Shown: one piece after another, positions 28,211 to 32,000 of the stretch | Numbering within the stretch: position 1 is the first letter of the stretch | Layout: every line of letters starts with the position of its first letter | Assembly: GCF_016888765.1 (NCBI RefSeq) | Contig: NZ_CP069423.1 | Span: 90,001 to 122,000, forward strand | Direction of reading: 5' to 3' | Source: Candidatus Karelsulcia muelleri | GTDB lineage: Bacteria; Bacteroidota; Bacteroidia; Flavobacteriales; Blattabacteriaceae | Length of the DNA: 32,000 nt | Notes under the pieces: model-generated | Database searches by the model: none | The model's input: only the letters and a program-made list of their open reading frames with translations | What the model was told of the DNA's origin: nothing | Position numbers and translations under genes: made by a program

Positions 28211-28858
28211 ATGGTAATAGAAATTTTAAATAAAAATGGTTTAAAAACTGGTAGAAAAATAAAATTTAATTATAATTTTATTTCCAATAATATTAATATA
28301 AAAACTAAAAACCATCTAATTTATTTAGAAATTAAAAGATTTTTAGCTGCAAAAAGACAAGGAAGTCATCAAACTAAAAGCAGGAGTCAGATTCAAGGAA
28401 GTAATAAAAAAATTCAGAAACAAAAAGGAAGTGGTAATGCTAGAAAAGGAGATATAAAAAATCCTTTATTTGTTGGCGGGGGGAGAATTTTTGGTCCAGT
28501 TAAAAGAAAGTATAATTTAAAATTAAATAAAAAGATAAAAAAAATTGCTATAAAAACTTTATTTTATTACAAACTTATAAATAAACAAATTAAAATTATT
28601 GAACCTTTTATGTTAAAACAAATTTCAAGCAAAACAATAAAGAAACTATTAAATAAATTAAATATATTTAAAAAAAAAATATTAATTATTACTAATAAGA
28701 GAGATAAAAATCTCTATTTTTCTTCTAGAAATTTTCAAAATGTAAAAATTATAAATATAAGAAATGGAATAAACAGTTATGATATAGCAAAAGCTTATTA
28801 CTTGATAATTAAAGAAAATTCAATAAAATATTTAGAAAATATGTTAAATAAGAGATAA
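28211..28858 (+). CDS. rplD: 50S ribosomal protein L4
   Basis: AAKRQGSHQTKSRSQIQGSNKKIQKQKGSGNARKGDIKNPLFVGGGRIFGP matches L4. Confidence 0.9.
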   Translation: MVIEILNKNGLKTGRKIKFNYNFISNNINIKTKNHLIYLEIKRFLAAKRQGSHQTKSRSQIQGSNKKIQKQKGSGNARKGDIKNPLFVGGGRIFGPVKRKYNLKLNKKIKKIAIKTLFYYKLINKQIKIIEPFMLKQISSKTIKKLLNKLNIFKKKILIITNKRDKNLYFSSRNFQNVKIINIRNGINSYDIAKAYYLIIKENSIKYLENMLNKR

Positions 28859-28864
28859 AAAAAG

Positions 28865-29179
28865 GTGAGTGAAAAGAGAAGAAAATTCCTGTTTTATAAG
28901 AAGTATATAAATAAAAACTTAAGTAAAAAAATAAAACCAATTATAACTGAAAAAGCTCTATTTACCAATATATCAAATAATTATTATACTTTTATTTTTC
29001 CTATTTATTTTAATAAAAATGAAATTTCCAAATATCTACAGAGAGTTTATAGAATTAAGATAACCAAGTTACATACTAATATTTCTTCTAAAAAAAAGAG
29101 TAATAAAAGAATATTGAAAAAAACTTTTTCAGGAATAAAATTTCAACAGTTTAAAAAGGCTGTTTTTAAAGTAAAGTAA
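28865..29179 (+). CDS. rplW: 50S ribosomal protein L23
   Basis: [11 protein letters not shown]...[33 protein letters not shown] matches L23. GTG is the apparent start, there is no in-frame ATG, and the exact start is uncertain. Confidence 0.85.
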   Translation: MSEKRRKFLFYKKYINKNLSKKIKPIITEKALFTNISNNYYTFIFPIYFNKNEISKYLQRVYRIKITKLHTNISSKKKSNKRILKKTFSGIKFQQFKKAVFKVK

Positions 29180-29180
29180 A

Positions 29181-30008
29181 ATGCCACTTAAGATAAAGAA
29201 ACCCATTACGCCAAGTCAAAGGTTTCAGATATTAAATAAATTTTCTGAAATAACTAAAACCAAACCAGAGAAATCTCTGGTTTTTGGGCTTTCGAAAAAA
29301 GGAGGAAGAAATAATACTGGAAAAATTACGATGAAATATATCGGAGGAGGACATAAAAAAAAATATAGAATAATAGATTTTAAAAGAAAAAAAAGGGGAA
29401 TTCCTGCTATAGTTAAATCTATAGAATATGATCCCAATAGATCTTGTTTTATTTCACTGCTACATTATATAGATGGTGAAAAAAAGTATATTTTATCTAT
29501 TAAAGGACTTACAGTTGGACAAAAAATATTATCTGATGAAATTACGGAACCCAAAATAGGAAATGCGATGTTATTAAAAAATATCCCTTTAGGAAGTATT
29601 ATTTGCTGTATTGAATTATGCCCTAATGGGGGCGCTGCCTTAGCTCGTAGTGCTGGAACAGCTGTACAATTAATTGCGAAAACAGAAAAATATTGTACTT
29701 TGAAATTACCATCAGGTGAAACCCGAATGGTATTATCTAATTGTCTGGCAACTCTTGGTTCAGTCTCAAATCAAGATCATAAATTAGTAATTTCAGGAAA
29801 AGCTGGAAGAAATCGTAGATTAGGAAAAAGACCAAGAACAAGAGGAGTAGCTATGAATCCTGTGGATCATCCAATGGGTGGCGGAGAAGGCAAGGCCTCA
29901 GGTGGCCATCCAAGAAATCGAAATGGAATTCCTGCCCATGGTTTTAAAACACGTAAGAAAAAAAAACAATCAAATAAATATATTATAATAAAAAAAAAAA
30001 AGAAGTAA
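29181..30008 (+). CDS. rplB: 50S ribosomal protein L2
   Basis: [28 protein letters not shown] and [33 protein letters not shown] match L2. The protein ends in a lysine-rich tail encoded by an A12 run. Confidence 0.97.
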   Translation: MPLKIKKPITPSQRFQILNKFSEITKTKPEKSLVFGLSKKGGRNNTGKITMKYIGGGHKKKYRIIDFKRKKRGIPAIVKSIEYDPNRSCFISLLHYIDGEKKYILSIKGLTVGQKILSDEITEPKIGNAMLLKNIPLGSIICCIELCPNGGAALARSAGTAVQLIAKTEKYCTLKLPSGETRMVLSNCLATLGSVSNQDHKLVISGKAGRNRRLGKRPRTRGVAMNPVDHPMGGGEGKASGGHPRNRNGIPAHGFKTRKKKKQSNKYIIIKKKKK

Positions 30009-30016
30009 TAATAATT

Positions 30017-30307
30017 ATGCCACGTTCTTTGAAAAAAGGGCCATTTATTAATTACAAATTGATTAAAAAAATAGTAATTAATAATAGATTAAAGACAAGG
30101 AAAATAATAAAAACTTGGTCAAGAGCTTCAACAATAACTCCAGAATTTATAGGCAATTCAATTGCAGTTCATAATGGGAACAAATTCCTGACAATTTATA
30201 TTTCAGAAAATATGGTAGGACATAAATTAGGAGAATTTTCTCCTACTCGAAATTTTCGTAGTCATTCTGGAGCTAAAAAAATAACACCTACTCGAAATAA
30301 AAAGTAA
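30017..30307 (+). CDS. rpsS: 30S ribosomal protein S19
   Basis: [33 protein letters not shown] and [16 protein letters not shown] match S19. Confidence 0.95.
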   Translation: MPRSLKKGPFINYKLIKKIVINNRLKTRKIIKTWSRASTITPEFIGNSIAVHNGNKFLTIYISENMVGHKLGEFSPTRNFRSHSGAKKITPTRNKK

Positions 30308-30666
30308 TGTTTCAAAACAACAAATTATATTTCTATTATAAATCTAATAATATTAATTATTCAAAAATTAAACTGATAAAATTACTTAATATTATTAAGT
30401 CGAAAAATATTGAATATATAATGAATTTATTGGGAAATTTTAAAACCAAAGGAGCCCTCATTTTAAAAGAGATAATTTTGAATGCTTCTAAGCATTTTAG
30501 TAGACAGATAGAATCCCAAACACAAAATGTATATATAAAAAATATTCTAATTAACAAAAGCATAAGTTTTAAAAAACTGAGGGCAGCGCCACAAGGCAGA
30601 GCCAATCAAATAAAAAAACAATTTTTTAAAATTATTTTGATACTTAAAAAATGGGACAAAAGGTAA
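30307..30666 (+). CDS. rplV: 50S ribosomal protein L22
   Basis: The gene occupies the canonical position between rpsS and rpsC. ...[25 protein letters not shown] matches the L22 C-terminal pattern (R...A.GRA..I.K...HI). Confidence 0.85.
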   Translation: MFQNNKLYFYYKSNNINYSKIKLIKLLNIIKSKNIEYIMNLLGNFKTKGALILKEIILNASKHFSRQIESQTQNVYIKNILINKSISFKKLRAAPQGRANQIKKQFFKIILILKKWDKR

Positions 30667-31313
30667 ATCCGATAGCCAATAGGCTAGGAATCTCAACTTG
30701 CTGGAAATCAATATGGTATAGTGAAAAGTTTAATCAGCTGAAAGAAGATTTAGAAATACGAAAATATCTAAATATAAGATTAGCAAAATCTTCTTTATCA
30801 TATATATATATAGAACGAAAAAAGTATAAAATTTTTCTTACAATTTCCTCTTCAAGACCTGCAATAATCATTGGAAAAGGCGGCAGTGAAATAGAAAAAT
30901 TAAAAACAGAACTTAAGAAAATTACTAAGAAAAAAATAAATATTAATATACTAGAAGTAAAGATCCCAGAATTAGATGCTCTTTTAATTGCAAAAAACCT
31001 TGCCAATCAAATTGAAAATCGTCTCCCTTACAAAAAAGCTATAAAATTCGCTATTTATTCTGCCTTACGTCAAAAGGTAGAAGGGATCAAAATTAAAATT
31101 TCTGGTCGTTTAAATGGAACTGAAATGGCACGTACTGAATTTTATAAAGAAGGCAGAATTCCTTTTTCGACTTTTAGAGCTAACATAGATTATGCCACTT
31201 CTGAAGCTCAGACTCCTTATGGAAAAATAGGTATAAAAGTATGGATTATGAAAGGAGTAGTATATAATAAAAAAGACTTATATCTCTTAAGACCTAAACA
31301 GAACAAACTGTAA
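30651..31313 (+). CDS. rpsC: 30S ribosomal protein S3
   Basis: [14 protein letters not shown], the KH region [14 protein letters not shown], and [31 protein letters not shown] match S3. Confidence 0.95.
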   Translation: MGQKVNPIANRLGISTCWKSIWYSEKFNQLKEDLEIRKYLNIRLAKSSLSYIYIERKKYKIFLTISSSRPAIIIGKGGSEIEKLKTELKKITKKKININILEVKIPELDALLIAKNLANQIENRLPYKKAIKFAIYSALRQKVEGIKIKISGRLNGTEMARTEFYKEGRIPFSTFRANIDYATSEAQTPYGKIGIKVWIMKGVVYNKKDLYLLRPKQNKL

Positions 31314-31316
31314 GTC

Positions 31317-31721
31317 ATGTTAAAGCCAAAAAGAAATAAATTTGAGAAACTCCATAAAGGCAGAATAAAAGGATATGCTAAAAAAGGTACAAAACTTCAC
31401 TTTGGGATATTTGGACTGAAGACTTTAGATACAGCTTGGCTTTCAGATAGACAAATCGAAGCGGCTCGCATTGCGGCGACACGACATATGAAAAGACAAG
31501 GAAAATTATGGCTCAATATTTTTCCTAATAAGCCTATTACAAAAAAACCTCAAGAAGTTAGAATGGGAAAAGGAAAAGGGGCTATAGACCATTGGGTTTC
31601 TGTGGTAAAACCTGGGAGAATCTTAATAGAAATCGATGGAGTAAATTTGGAAATAGGAAAAGAAGCTTTAAGATTAGCTGCTAATAAATTACCAATAAGA
31701 ACAAAATTAATTTTAAAATGA
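31317..31721 (+). CDS. rplP: 50S ribosomal protein L16
   Basis: MLKPKRNKFEKLHKGRIKG, RQIEAARIAATRHMKRQGKLWLNIFP and KKPQEVRMGKGKG match L16. Confidence 0.96.
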   Translation: MLKPKRNKFEKLHKGRIKGYAKKGTKLHFGIFGLKTLDTAWLSDRQIEAARIAATRHMKRQGKLWLNIFPNKPITKKPQEVRMGKGKGAIDHWVSVVKPGRILIEIDGVNLEIGKEALRLAANKLPIRTKLILK

Positions 31722-31960
31722 TGAGGAAAAAAAAAAGACTTGGTATAATATTAAGTGATAAAATGAATAAAACAAGAGTAGTAGGTGAAGTAGTAAAAAG
31801 GAAACATAAGATTTATAAAAAGAATATTTATTATACCAGAAAATATTTTGTTCACGATGAAAACAATCAATCAAATAAAGGGGATACAGTAGAAATAATT
31901 TTTACACGACCATTAAGTAAGAAGAAACGTTGGAATTTATTTCAAATAATAAAATGTTAA
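31718..31960 (+). CDS. rpsQ: 30S ribosomal protein S17
   Basis: LGIILSDKMNKTRVVGEVVKRKHKIYKKNIYYTRKYFVHDENNQSNKGDTVEIIFTRPLSKKKRW matches S17. The start overlaps the rplP stop in an ATGA junction. Confidence 0.9.
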   Translation: MMRKKKRLGIILSDKMNKTRVVGEVVKRKHKIYKKNIYYTRKYFVHDENNQSNKGDTVEIIFTRPLSKKKRWNLFQIIKC

Positions 31961-31975
31961 TGTTAAGAATAAAAT

Positions 31976-32000
31976 ATGTTACAACAAGAATCATTTCTTA
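31976..32000 (+). CDS. rplN: 50S ribosomal protein L14, first 8 codons only (runs off the window)
   Basis: The ATG at 31976 opens MLQQESFL, matching the conserved L14 N-terminus MIQQES.L. The gene is in the canonical position after rpsQ. Confidence 0.75.

Overview
This window is very AT-rich and extremely gene-dense. It holds about 45 genes, most intergenic gaps are under 100 nt, and many junctions are ATGA or TAATG overlaps. All of the content is core housekeeping: leuC-leuD-leuB, rnpA, prfB, rpsU, obg, lpdA, smpB, groES/groEL, miaB, sufB-sufC-sufD-sufS, infB, rpsT, rpsP, rpmF, pdhB, rpoD, pnp, rpsO, rpmE and tsaD. It also holds the str/S10 ribosomal cluster rpsL-rpsG-fusA-rpsJ-rplC-rplD-rplW-rplB-rpsS-rplV-rpsC-rplP-rpsQ-rplN and three tRNAs (Leu, Glu, Gln). 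Several signatures point to a strongly reduced Bacteroidota (Flavobacteriia) insect endosymbiont of the Sulcia type: fusA is followed directly by rpsJ, L32 starts MAHPKKR, a DUF3127-like protein is present, sigma-70 is short, and many proteins are shortened. That assignment is an inference from remembered family features, not a database hit. All ORFs are intact under the standard code, and TGA is used as a stop. I found no mobile element, CRISPR array, defence island, toxin system or biosynthetic cluster, so I do not claim a novel multi-gene system. The items worth a second look are reductive-evolution oddities. (1) A tRNA-Leu(GAG) has a Leu-type D-arm but only a 5-nt variable loop. (2) An unassigned, locally GC-rich structured element lies between smpB and that tRNA. 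(3) RF2 lacks nearly all of domain 1, has no programmed frameshift, and is preceded by a UGA-terminated uORF overlapping its start codon. (4) A DUF3127/OB-fold protein carries an SSB-like C-terminal tip. (5) S15 is reduced to 56 aa and abuts pnp, and rpoD is coupled to pnp. (6) rpmC is missing from the S10 operon. (7) An 8-bp TATAATAA microsatellite sits in a divergent promoter gap. (8) Convergent genes overlap at their stop codons. (9) Many 10-12 nt homopolymers lie inside essential genes.
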